This document shows positions 24,101-37,400 of a stretch of 64,000 bases of DNA, in pieces. Numbering within the stretch: the first letter of the stretch is position 1; each line of letters begins with the position of its first letter. The notes under the pieces were generated by a model. It did not search any database. It was not told the origin of the DNA and saw only the letters and a program-made list of their open reading frames with translations. A program made the position numbers and the translations under genes. Source of the DNA: Cycas panzhihuaensis (Eukaryota; Plantae; Cycadophyta); contig CM041465.1 in assembly GCA_023213395.1 (NCBI GenBank), positions 218,681,741-218,745,740 on the forward strand, written 5' to 3'.

Positions 24101-27100
24101 ACAGAGGGTTTAACTTTTGCTATCGTGGGCTCCTCTTCTCCAGACCTTTTTGTGTTAGAGAAACCGTCTAACACATGACTGACGTGAAAGGCAGCCCTTG
24201 AAGATTCGTTCCTCTTGTATTTCTCGGGAGATCTCAAAGGCGCATCCTGCAACGAGCTCAGAGGCGATTCCTTCCTGCTCGGCTGCACGTTGAATTGCAC
24301 AGACGCCGTCGGCTGCTTACCCATATTCGATACCTGTTCGCCGGGCAAGACACGAGGAGCGTCACTGGGTTTGTTAGTTGGACGATCGCTGAAAGAAGGT
24401 TCCGAAGAAATATTCTGCCCTTGCTGCTGTTGTCCCTTTACCTTGGGCGGAGACGGGAATCTAGACCCTCCCAGATCCCCGTTTTCGTCTATGCCTTGCT
24501 TGCTTGCAGTAGATGGTCTGAACTCATTCTGGGAAGCCCCCGCCTCGGCTTGACTCTGATCCCGCCCATTCGACGACGCCTGCGCGGTGTTCTCAGAATT
24601 AATCTTGGTCCATGGCGCAGAAACATTCTTCGGAGCCAACTCCACACTCATCTCGCTGGCTCCGCTCCATCTCCTCGAGACGGCCTTCTCGGTGGGGACA
24701 AAATTCCCACTTTCGGATGATAGCCTTCGGTTTTCCGCCTTACCAATTTTTCTGAGACCTTCGCTCGAATCCCTCTGCTTGCTTTCGAAGAGATTGATGC
24801 GATCTTTAACGCTAAGTCTTCTCGCGGGCTGGGACTTTTGAGCCGGTTCTGGTTCCTGTTTCTCATCACCATCGCTGTCGCCGCTTTCCGATTGCTTGTT
24901 CGATCGTATTCCTCCGCCAGGCTGATCATCCACGTAACTATTGCTTCTTATTTCTCCCGATCCGGTTTGAACTCTTGGCGTTGAAGACGATGACCACCTC
25001 CTCGGGGAGGAGGATCTCACGGAGAGCCTGTCACTGTCGGCTTGAGATTGGTTGTATTTATCTGAGGCAATGCCGATGAGCTCGGCACTCGCCTCTGTGC
25101 TGACGTCGTTCAATGCATGGGATCTTCCGGGCACATTCTGTGCTGATGACGCCCTTTCCCGGGTGCTGCTAACATTAGTTGCGCCGCTCGAAGAAGAACA
25201 GATGCTTTCCCGATGACGATCAGAAGATTCTGCCCGAGAATACGATAGGTTAACGCCTTCCTGCTCCTGTTCGGCCCCCACTTTAGACAAATATCCGTAA
25301 GCTTTATCTCCTTGTTTTAACGAAGAATCCGATGGAGACCCGCAAATCAGCTTGCCCTCCGTACCATTCTCGATGGACATGTCGGAGCCTGAGGAGCGCG
25401 TATCTCCATCGTCTCCCCAGGGGCAGACGTCCTGCCGTTTTTGACATAGAGACGTATACTTGGCACAGGCATCTCTGTCATATGTAATATCGCCGTTAGT
25501 TGGCTATGGAGTCGGAAAGACATTCAAAATTAGCATGCAATAAATAGTATCACATCAAGTTTACGGAACTTCCACATAATATATAAATGTGGTGGGCCTT
25601 ACTTCAACCGATTTGCTCCAAAGCGATCTGCAAATACCATTAGATCAGCCATGTGTTCAATAGCAAATCCGGCAGCAGAAGTGCGAGCGAAAGCCATACT
25701 TAATTCCTGTTGTAAGGCCATTAGACGCACATCTATGGCTCTTAACAATTCCCTCCTGGCAAAAGACAGCATAATGATGAGCTTCATAAAGCGAGGATGG
25801 GCAGAATGAACTGACGTTGCTTTTATTTTGAATGGGATGAATACTCACTTTGACGTGTCCGCTGCTTCGGTATCATTCAGCTGCATCATGGGCATAAAAT
25901 TCACAGCAGGTAAGTTTCCAGACGCAAGAAATTGCTCATGTTCCTTGATCTATTTAAAGAATAGCGTTCACATCGTAAAATAAACTAAAAATGGGTCTTT
26001 CAGATAATAACACTATGGACGAAATTACTCTTGCGATCTGAAATTTTGAAAGTGGAAAACGTGGACAAGACCCAACTGTCAATTATTAGAGCATAGATTT
26101 GTTAACTACCTTGGGAGTTGCTCCAGACGCGCTGCCATCTATCCCACAGTATTAAAATCAGTATCCGCAAATTTTCATCAGCAATGAAATCATAACGGAA
26201 TGATAACACGTACTTATGATTCCAGAAAAAATGCCACGCAAAGCAAAACATTACATGTTACGCCTAAATACCAGGTATAACATCCTCAGCACTGACAAGA
26301 TACGTACTTTCCCTCGAAACGAAAAACTCACTAGATGAATCTTTTCTGTAGTTAATGTTCATTTTCTGTTTTATTCAATAACATGTCCAATTGTCAGCTG
26401 TTACCAAACTGCTATGTTCAATACATTCTTATGCTTCCTCCTAGTCCTATGTTGAAGAAACTCGAATGCAAAAATTACACATACGAGATCAGGCCTGTAA
26501 GCTCTGGCATACATTCTAGACAGTTTGACATTGAAACCCTGGATCACAATGGAAATATGCTTGGAAGTTGAGATAAATGAAAACACGATTGAAGCAAAGA
26601 TTTTGGTGTTTAAATGCAAGAGAATGTAAGATTTCAATGATAACCTTACAAAATTGAGACACAGTTTACAGCTGTACCTTGAGTGAGATCAGTGAGTGAA
26701 ATCTGGTGCCATATGGAACTTCAAGCATTTTAGGATCACAATTCAGCCAACCAAGCAGCAGGGTCGCCATCCAAATTTGCTTACCATCAACCAAACCATT
26801 TGACTCCTCTAGAACCAAGTGAGGGTGAAGCATGGATTGATGGCTCCTCTAAAGAAGGCTTGTCCCAGATGGAAGGTCCAGAATAATATTATTCAAACTA
26901 GGACAACATCAAACAAAAAAAAGGCAACAAGAAAAATCCATCATCCATCTCCTCACTAAATGGACATCAAAACAGAGGTCAGAATATGTGTGCAAAAACA
27001 GAGGTCAGAATATGTGTGCACATATCGTAAAAACATGATGCCTTACTATCTATCCTCTAGGAAGTCTTTTGTGACACCGACACAATTTGTCTTTCCAGCA

Positions 27101-30100
27101 TGGGAAACAGCAGATTTAAACCAAATCACACCACACCAACGCCTTTCATGCTGGGATCTCAGCCATCACCCCTTGGCTTTACAACTCTAATGATTCCCCC
27201 TCAGGAACAAAAGCCAAGCACTCAGGTAAGGAAAAGATATGTAATCCCAAAAAGATCCCACAGATCACATGCCGTAACACAAAATAGGGATGAAGCTTTG
27301 TTTGTGTATTGACTGCAGCTCAGCCAGCCCATTGAGCCCAATAACTTCTCCGTAACAGGCATTGGAAAGAATCTCTCGGATCAACTCAGACGTACAAGAA
27401 ACTTCATAAGAATCAATTTGGTAGCCCCATGAAATCTGCATTAAGGAAGTAGACAAAATACTGTTACTTTTGGAAAATTTAAATGTGTGAAATTAGGGCT
27501 TTGCCATCCAGGCTCTTTGATGTTCTAACCACATTCAAGAGGATGAAAATCGGCCACTAGAGCCCTGCATAAGCATGTTTTGTTAACATTCTCATCTTTA
27601 AAGCAGCAGTATGAGAACTTGCTATGAGAAAGGTACCATAAATATTATGAAATGATACTGCATGTCAATTTTTAAACATTAAATTTGGTACACTTACTAG
27701 AGTGTTTTCATCCCCATAAGAAGATTATGTTGAACTAGAGCCCAGGAGTCCAAGCTAGATTTAAAGCCCTTGAAACATTTTTACCTTACATCTCATCTTG
27801 CATTTTCTGATCCCCATAAGCCGCTCACCTTGGCTGGGCATATCAATCAGGGGTTCAGCTGATGCAAGAGGAAAAGTCTTGCATATGAAACGGAACCATT
27901 TTGGACAAGCAACAGATATTGCTAATATGTCAACAAAAGCAGTTTCCTCATGCTCCTGTTGATAATCCAACCACCAAAGCCATAGCTTAGTGTGTCATAG
28001 GGAATATGTGTCATGCTCCTTTCAAGTATGATATAGAATAGATAAACAATGTAGAGACGTTATGGAAAACCTATTTCGCAATTAGTCCAACTAACAAACA
28101 ATATTGCCGCTAGTTTTGCTGTTAACTGATTTTGGGAGAATTTGAACAATTTAGTATTATCCACTATTGATGTGGATAACTGGGCAAATCAGATGTCAAT
28201 CATTTATTACATTATGGGTTAACCAGTTACGGTTAGTGTCACCATAGAATAGTTGGGGTCAGAGTTGACCCAGCAAGGGTTAGGTTCTAGTGTAGTTAAA
28301 CTGAACCTAGTAAGGTATAATGCCCCCACTTCACAAGAACACTCTTATACCACAAGGTAACAGCCTCCCAGACTACCTGAGCTCAAATTAACATGTGCAG
28401 CAAACCACAGGACTGACGAGAGACATGCAGTTCTAGTAGCCCGGAGAACTGTGATTATACATGTACGATGTGTGAAACTGCCATGTTTACAATGTTCTTT
28501 ACAATGCATGTTATGTGATGCAATTACATGACATTTTATTCCTTGCAATGTAGAGCTAGATAATTAACCATTCAATCAACAGAGCTCCATGATACATCGA
28601 CCTAGAAATCCTTGACATAGGAACTGATATAAAATTAAAACATGCAGACTTATCTTTTGCAGGAAAAAACTAGATCACTTATAGGGGAATTTGCCACCCA
28701 ACCAACTAGAATGACTATCAAGAATCCACCCCCATGCTGAGGCACGTGAACTCAACGAAAAAGTACTAGTGAATGGACCTTGAGTTCACATCTCATCCCC
28801 AAATAATCACAACAAATTATATATGCAGGATCTCAATAATCATCATGACAGTATTACAAGAGGTCAAAACAGCTCTATGGTGACTGTATATCACATACAA
28901 ACAACAATAGCTACACTGTGGCTCAAGTAACGTATCACATGCACATAATGGTAACAGTTTCCTGACTCAACTACAACAACACTAAGACTCAAATTATTAC
29001 TCCAGACATCCCACCATAAAAAACATATCAAGCTGCAACCATAGCATCCCGCTACTCATGGCTCCCACCATGATAGGAGTATGTCCACATATAAGCTATG
29101 CCATCACATCTATAACTCCCATGGCATCTTGAAAAGGCCCTTCTAGCCTCTCACCAGTGTTAGGCAACTGTACTCACAATACAATGAAACTCAAAGCACT
29201 ACTACCAAGTAATCAGCCTCACATGTTGTCCACCTCAAAATTTATCCCAGATTCAACACAAAGGCGCAAAATAAAATAGCAAACTCACACAAAAATACGC
29301 AAGCCACAAACTCAAATTCATAACAAGAGAGCCAAAGTCTAGCCAACAGATTAATTGTTTCAAGGGTTTTCACACCCAAACTTCAAGTGTCAAAATTCAA
29401 ATGCCAAAAAATCAAAGTGCCAAAAGCTGGAATGACTCTCCACCTCTCTAATTTATACCATGAATCAACTACCTCATGTAATTTGGCCACCTTAGCTTAC
29501 AACTGCCTTTGATTAATGTAAATCGCTTTCCAATCACACTCTAAAAGAAACAAGTGTACATGAAGGTATAGGGTATAATTATTATTTCCCCAACCAAAGT
29601 AATTGTCAAGTGGGCTCATCAGAGGGTATTAAACACAAGGATCAAAACCTATGACCTTTGGCCCCAGGAAATTCGTTCATCATGCATGTCACATGGCCCC
29701 TGCCATTTCCCTCTTGGCAATCCAGCCATATATTTTATTATTAGTGGGCTTATTATTACATAATTTACAACACATGCAAGCACTCAGCATGCAAGATGAT
29801 CATACATGCATATGCATAGGGCTCAGGCCTCGATGTCATGTAAACTACAAAATGTAAATGTACCAAACTGCACTGCTCACGCCTAACAGGAACTTCACTA
29901 AGTTCCCATTTTACAACAAAGGGATGATGACAAAACAACATAAATGGAACATGAAAAAATACAATGTACAATGAGATACACGGTAGAATATGCAATAATG
30001 TATACAATGCAGCATGTTACATAATGCTTTGTGAAGAAAAGATTGCTATGTTTGTACATTAACTGTGGAGGCATAAAGCACTTGATCAATTGGGCTTGTG

Positions 30101-31407
30101 CCTCCCTATGAAGTCTGTCCAGTGAAAGACAAACTGCTTTGAAAACCAAGCCTCTCCATCATGTGGAAAACTACCAAATTTGTTGTACAAGTCTATTTAA
30201 TTAGACAGAAATAGACCTGTGTACTCAATCAGTAAATATGAAAATGAATTTATTCACAAATGCTCCATTATGCACATGCATGTAGGGTCATTTGTGTGGA
30301 CCATAGGCTGTGGTATACACATAGTGTAACATGTATGTATATTATGTAAACACATAATGAAACCCTGGCAGCAAAGTAAACACTACTAGTGAAAGGCCCT
30401 CTGAATGCACATGGCAGACAAGTCCATTAGGTTTTGAAGTGCTCTCAGAGTAAGGCTACAGGTATTGAAACAACTTTTATTGTGACAACTGGCTATTGGA
30501 GTCTCTATTTAATTGGAGCCTACAAATATTAATCCTTGTTTATTCTTAGTCATATTCAATGTTAAAAACAAATACTCGATGTAACATTCTTTGCCTGGAA
30601 ATTGAAGCCCTCATTATGCATTTTACGCAGAATGCTTTTCTACGGACCCACGCGATCAATTTTTGTTGAGAGAAATTGTTCTGATTTATTGAATCGATTG
30701 GCTATTTAATATATTTAATCACCATATGTTCAATATGTTTTATGCCTAAGCAGTTCCTAGTCATTCTTTGATAGAATGATTCTTGATGTTTTCAAGTATT
30801 GGTACAAGATGAAACCACATTCTCTTGACGCCATTCTTCATTAATATTCTATTCTTAGTCTTACCATTTGTGGATTTGAGTTATATATTCTACAACCAAT
30901 CCTACACTGCTGTGAATCTAAATTATATAACACAATCTGAGTACATTGTGTTTGCTGGGCAGGTCTCTCCAGTATTACAAAGCAATTGTATTCCGATGTT
31001 GGAAGCATTCCCAACATTAACCTTCAGTGGCTGTATTTATTGCAGTAATGAATAAGTGAGATGAAACCTATATCAGTTTACTTACATGCACACACTGACA
31101 CATACACATGCATTGTGCATATTGTCAGTCTAGTCAAGGATCATTAGAGGTTTAGGAAGATTCATAATTGCTTGCTCTCTGATGATTTGAAGGCCATATT
31201 CCAAAGCCCACAAAGATAGACTGTTTCTGACAACCAGCATACCAAGTGATGGATAGCGTGATGAAATACAATGGAAAGATTTTATCCCAATTCAATCTTT
31301 CATCCAAAACCAATGTTGCCAGAAACAGGGAAATGTGGAAAGTGAAACAGAAATGCCATTTTTCAAAAACCCCAGAAATGCAGAACGTCAAATTATCATT
31401 TTCTAGG

Positions 31408-31466
<59 letters not shown>

Positions 31467-34400
31467 GCAACTGAAAATGAAAAGCACAACTGAAATACAA
31501 AATATATGGGTCATTGATATTATAAAATGACATCAAAGAAAAGGCAGCCAGAAATTGAAAACAGGCCAGAAACAGAAAATGGATCACAAACAGCTGCAGG
31601 CCAGCAGAAAGGGCCTGGAAATGTCTGCAGGCCCTTCACATCACATTTCTGCATTACTGCATTTCAGAAATGCAAACCGTTGTGGGAAAACGGCATTTCC
31701 AATAACATCATCCAAAACTAATTTAATTAATATTCAAAGCCACAGTAGTGAATCATGCCATCTAAAAAATATTTGGAAAGCCAGATTCTCTCCAAAAGAT
31801 AAGACTAGAGTCCAACAACCCCCAACCACATGAAAACATTGTAGTGAGCTCATACACAAAACTTAAAAACATTCCATCATAAGACATAATCTATAATGTC
31901 AGCCCAATAAATTCAGAAGCATAAGGCCTGCAAGAGGATAGAATACGAAATAGTTACAAGAGCTATCAACTTGATTCTGCTCAACTGACACATCTTCATA
32001 CAGTCCTAGCTGATTAGTTTAACCAACCCTATCCCTGACTGAAGCCAGAGAACAAACCAAAGCAAAGCCATAGCTAAGCTATGGTTAGTCAAAAACCTTC
32101 TGAACAAAAGTCTGATTAATCCTGGTTCCTAAAGCTACTGATTTCAAATTCATGAGCATTTTGATCAGAGAGGGCTCCAAAGGAACGTGAGGCAATGAAT
32201 CAGGGAACAACCTTTATACCAAGCCAACAAGCATGGATGCATTCTGACCCTCGGGTTATTACTGAATCTGGAAATTCCAAAAGGCAATACAACGGAATGG
32301 ATTTTCTAATTAGATTACATAAATCTGTTCCAAGTAAAGATGCATTTTTTATCATCACTGATAGACTGACTAAGGATGCAAACTTCTTTCCATGCCCAAT
32401 ATCCTCACTGCCTACAAGATAGCTCATGAATTCCTAAATTGTGTAACAGCTTCTTTTATGGATAGCATGAGACATACACAGGGTATTCAGCATTTTTCGT
32501 AAAGAGATTACTTTGATTAATAGAAACTAATAAAAGTGAATACCTCCTACCACCCACAAACAGATAAGCAGAAAGAAAGATGTTAATAGAGTACTTAAAG
32601 CTCCATAAGGTATGTACACAGCACAACTGCATCACTAGCTGAGTGAGATCAATGGCTGACAGATTCTCCAACAACAGGCCACCTCATTCTTCACTAGGGG
32701 TTCCACAGAAAGAGAAATTGGTAAAGGCTGACATGAAACTGAGAGATCCTGTCAATCCCAGCAAACTCCTCCACAACTTACAAAATACTTGACACATTCT
32801 TAAATGGAATTTTGAAGTTGTTTGGCCTACAGGGGTGGGATATTTTGGACAGACCAGACTAGCATTGACTACTTAGATAACTAGATACTGTTAGAAAATG
32901 AGGACTTCCAGCCACTCTCAACAAATGCGCATACAAAGGCAATTGTAGGAGTCATTATAGTTCACTAACATACTGTAAAACTATTAGTAACTAAATCAGA
33001 CAAAGGGTTTGTCTCATTGAATTCCATTGCAATAAATAGATCACAACTTTATAAGTAGCAGCCTCATTGAGAGATGATTGTAAAGGCCAAATTGGATCCA
33101 AAAAATCATATTGGTCACTGCATATAATGAATACTTCAACTCATGGCCATCCATCTCCTAGCCCCAGTTCCTGTCGAGCTGGATCCAATATTCTTGAAGT
33201 AATATGTGCTATATTCAAAGAGGTAAAAGCTTTACACAAGGTATTGATTGGGTGAAGTGTGCATAGCAAGTTTCAGATCCATTTTGTGGATGGCCCCTAT
33301 CAATTCACAGGACCAGCAATGTTTATTGGAGATAGAGAAGTTTAAAGTATGCCATCCCTTCAGAAAGAACTTTGATCATTTTAAAATGCCTGGAACAGGA
33401 CAGGATGAAATTGGATGGCATAGGAAAGAACTCAATAAGAATTACAGATGAAAAGGTTCTAATAGATTTATTGTCTAGCGTATTCAGGAGCCAATTCCAT
33501 CTGACATTATTGTCAAGATCCTAAGCTGGTGGAAGGACTGGAAATGGCTAATGGTTATACGCATGTTTAGCCTTTATTGAAAGTGGTCTATTCCTCTTTC
33601 CTATCAAAGCCTGACATTGTAGGTTATTTGAATGCAAAAAGGGAGATCAATTATCTTCTCTTGCTTGGATCAGAAGGTTCAACATTGTCAAGAAGACTCC
33701 CGTTGAACCTGTACATCAATATTTTGCACGGATTGCACTGCATCAAGTCTTGCTATGAATAGTAAGGCAATCAAGTTGCCTCTGTAGACAACTTAAGACT
33801 ATCATGCATCTCATTTCAGAATTTTCCTCTACAAACAAAGTGACCAAAAGTACATATTTTATACATGGATAAGCAAAATATGAAGCAATTGAGTTCATCA
33901 ATTCCTACTGGCTTAGGTAAATTTATCCACAATTTTGATGTCCATATGAGAGGCAAGGAACTCATCCCAATTTAGTAGGAAGCTATCCCCAGCATGTCAA
34001 GACAAAGTGGAGGGTCATAGTCCACCATGTCTGGAACTAGTATGGCGATCCGATAGCTGGTGGTTGATTCAGTCAATGTGCCATTCTGGCCATGGACCAA
34101 GGTTTCTAATGTTGCCAAAAGACGGAGAACTATAGAGTCTGTGCCTGAAAGGTAGACGGCTATGCCTGAAGTTAAGACTATGAATCCACAATGATCTATG
34201 AGGTGAGCAAGTAGAAGACATCCTTTGTCCTAAAGGTGTCCTGGTTTGTTGTTGCAGCAAACAATGCTCTTGCTAGTGTTGTTGCACTATTTGTAGAACT
34301 ACTGCTACAATGTGAGAATGTGCCACTAAAGCACGGATGCTGTCAGTAGTGGCAACTGCTTGTGTGTGTGGCAAAGGTCCTAAGATTAGAGGAGCTTGAT

Positions 34401-37400
34401 AATATGCCTGTGGGGAATTGAGAGGAGGCTGAGGATTATGCTCCCATAGCTAAAGTGCCTGAACAACGAAAAGCAAAGGTTCTGGAATAAGTGTATAAGT
34501 CTGTGTAGTAGTTGATGTGATGCTGGACTGAAGCAGGAATGTCTTGCTATCTTTGTGCAAGTGATAGGTGTTGGTGTAGTTGTTATACTGTGTACGTTTG
34601 TCATGTTGATATGGTAGATCATGGGAATCCATAAGAATGACGTCACAAGTAACTGTATCAATGAAGCGGTCCATTTGCAAACATAACTTGGCACACCCTA
34701 TCAACTCTTGTTTGTGGACTATTCTTTCAAACCCAACCAAGATTTTAAGGAGCTAAATGCAGCTCAATCAGAAGGTTTAGAGAAGAAAGTAGCCGATTAG
34801 AGACTAAGTTCTTCATGTTGTTATTGCCCATGATGCAGAGTGCCAACCAGTCCTTTACCTAACAGTTATGTGTAAAAAGAGCTTCTCGATTCGAGATTTA
34901 ATAGTTGCTGGCCATTAAGACAAATAAGTGATTTAGCTATCTCTGGTTGGTTAAAAGAATGAACAACTCCTCTTCTTCTTCTTGTGTCCTTTGTGTCTTT
35001 TCTTCCTCATTTGTGACCCCAAGGCCAAAGCTTAAACTTTATGCTTAAGTCATTCCTCATTCGAATGCCCATACGACTTGTGGTAGTCATAGTATTTTTG
35101 GGGTCCTTTCCCCTTAGTTATAGGAAAATTCTAAGTTAAAGTAGAAGAAGATGTTGTAACAAATTGTTGCTAGAATCAAGGAAGATTCCCAAGAGGTCTC
35201 CCTATAATTGCTCCTTTCTCTTGATGGGAAGGAGATTGTCTCTATTGATATTGTGGCTGAAGAGGGCTTTGCTTGCGACCCTCAGCCTTGAGCGCAAATT
35301 AGAAAGCTTGATCTAAAGAAATAATGGTAAATAATTCCAATTCTTGCTACAAATATGGAAATAAGCCACCTAAAATTTCCAAAATACCTCATTAGAGTTT
35401 GTTACCTCAAGCATGATGGATAGCTTGTGGAAAGCATCAATGCATTGTTGCATAGATTGACTGGATTGCTAACAAAAACTTAGCCAAATTTTCAGCTGAT
35501 CATCTCTATAGCCAAGTGGGTAAAACCTCTCTCCAAATGTTTTCTGCAATTCAATACATTGAGTAGTAGCTCAATGTTGATTTATAAGCAAGTTCCTTGT
35601 GTGTGTCTACCACTGAGTCAATGCTTGATTTGTCATGTGGATCTCTACTACAGAGATTTTCTATGTCTCAATGAGTTGTGGCTAGCATTAGAAATAGGCT
35701 TCCAAACTTCGAAACTGACTATCCAATGCTTTGACATCCATGGTGCCATCGAACTTCAAACTATCTAGCTACTAAAACTACAGTTTAGCAACCTCCTCTA
35801 TTGTTAGAACACCAACTCATCAAGCATGGTGACTCTCATATCCAAATGTGGTTGTTGAAGAGGAGTAACCATTGGAATTTCTTGCCAGTTCACGTGTTGC
35901 TGAAATATATACATCGTGTTATTCATCATCTATGTCTAGGCCTGGCCATGCTCCCGAAGCACCTTGGCTAGTTCCTAACCCTACTCTCTAATCGCTTGGG
36001 CCTAGCCATTGCTTTGTTCTTAGAGTGCATCCAAAAACATCCCTTTAAGGTTTGGAGGATTTTCTGTGGCGACTTTCTCTTCTACCTCTTCTATTGAAGG
36101 TACATGCTTACTACCTCAATAAGGCATCATGTGAGAAGAGTGCAACAAAAAAAAAGATGTTTTATAAGAAAACGAACCTAATTGTAGGCTCTAATACCAA
36201 TTGATAAGTCATTGAGAGGAGAAAGTATAAACATTGTAACAACTAAGAGTACAATGGAGAGAGATGATGATATTGTAGTAAAAGACTACGGGAATGAAGG
36301 AAGAAACTAGAAAAAAAATTCCCACATATTCCCTATCGTGGAAACGTTCCTAATGTATTCTTGTTCTAGTACAAGTATTCCCTTCTATGCATTCCTCTCT
36401 ACAACCATTCTTATTGCATTCTTGAGAGCATTCCATTCTTCCCATCATTACTAGGCTATTCTGGCCATTTTGCAACTATTTCTAGAACAATTCTAGTCAT
36501 TCTAGATTCATTCCTCATTGTTCTAAGAGTCGTTCTCCTATCAAAGATGTTCTAAAGCATAGATAAATGTTGAGACTATACCATAATGGAGTCCAAGGCT
36601 TCCAAATGCCAAGTCCTCTCTGTAAAATGATGAATAGACTATGCTAGAGCTATTGAAGTCCTCTAACGGCCATGACATGGTTGCAAAACATAGGCAAACA
36701 ATTCCACAAGATGCATACAAGAGGAAAGTATGGAGAAAAAGTTAGAAATGGAAGAGAAAACTCCTTTGTATTCAAAACTCAAAAAAAAGAAAAAAAAAAA
36801 AAAAAAGAATGTACAAAATAGCATGCCCTCTCTCTTTTCATGAAGGCCAACTTCATCATGCAAGGAGAGTGTACTTACATGCATCAAGTTGAAAACTAGA
36901 AGCTAGTTACAAACTAACAAGAATCTAATGATGACTCCTAACTGGCCTAAGCTAACTCTTCTAACTAAAGTCACTTTTAGGCTTAAGTGAACTCAACGTC
37001 CAAAAAGGCCAAAAAGTACATATGTCAAAGTATTTCAAGTGGATGAGCAAAATATTTAGCATTTGAGCTTATCATCCTCAATTGAGTTGACTTCTAGGTC
37101 GAGGCAAAGCACATTTCCATCAAGAACCATGATAATTGAATACCATGAATAGGGTCACAATGATGTCATATTTCTCTGTGGAGATAGTGCAATTATTCGA
37201 CTATAATCTAGGAAATATGCAAATTGTGATCCTAAATTGAATTGACCTCTACGTCAAGCCAATGCACAAGATTGCAATTTAGTCATGCAAGGGCAAGTTG
37301 GGTTGTGGATGGGATCAAAGGTAGGGAATTGTGTAGTGTGAAAGCATTGTTCTAAGTAAATCACATTTTGTTTGTCAAATGCTATTTGATTTATTGTACA

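Noticed and set aside
21828-24841. Plus-strand ORFs up to 194 aa (e.g. 22649-23233, 24295-24720)
   Set aside because: Antisense shadows of the long Ser-rich exons 8 and 9; no recognisable domain
21430-25380. The 606-aa and 690-aa ORFs as two separate genes
   Set aside because: They are consecutive exons of one spliced gene with in-frame junctions
28549-29849. Possible solo gypsy LTR in intron 4 (TGTAG...CTACA)
   Set aside because: LTR-like composition but flanks TGCAA and AAATG do not match; boundaries unsupported
31152-31587. ORFs with VCVCVC or THTHTH runs
   Set aside because: Translation artefacts of the (AC)n microsatellite
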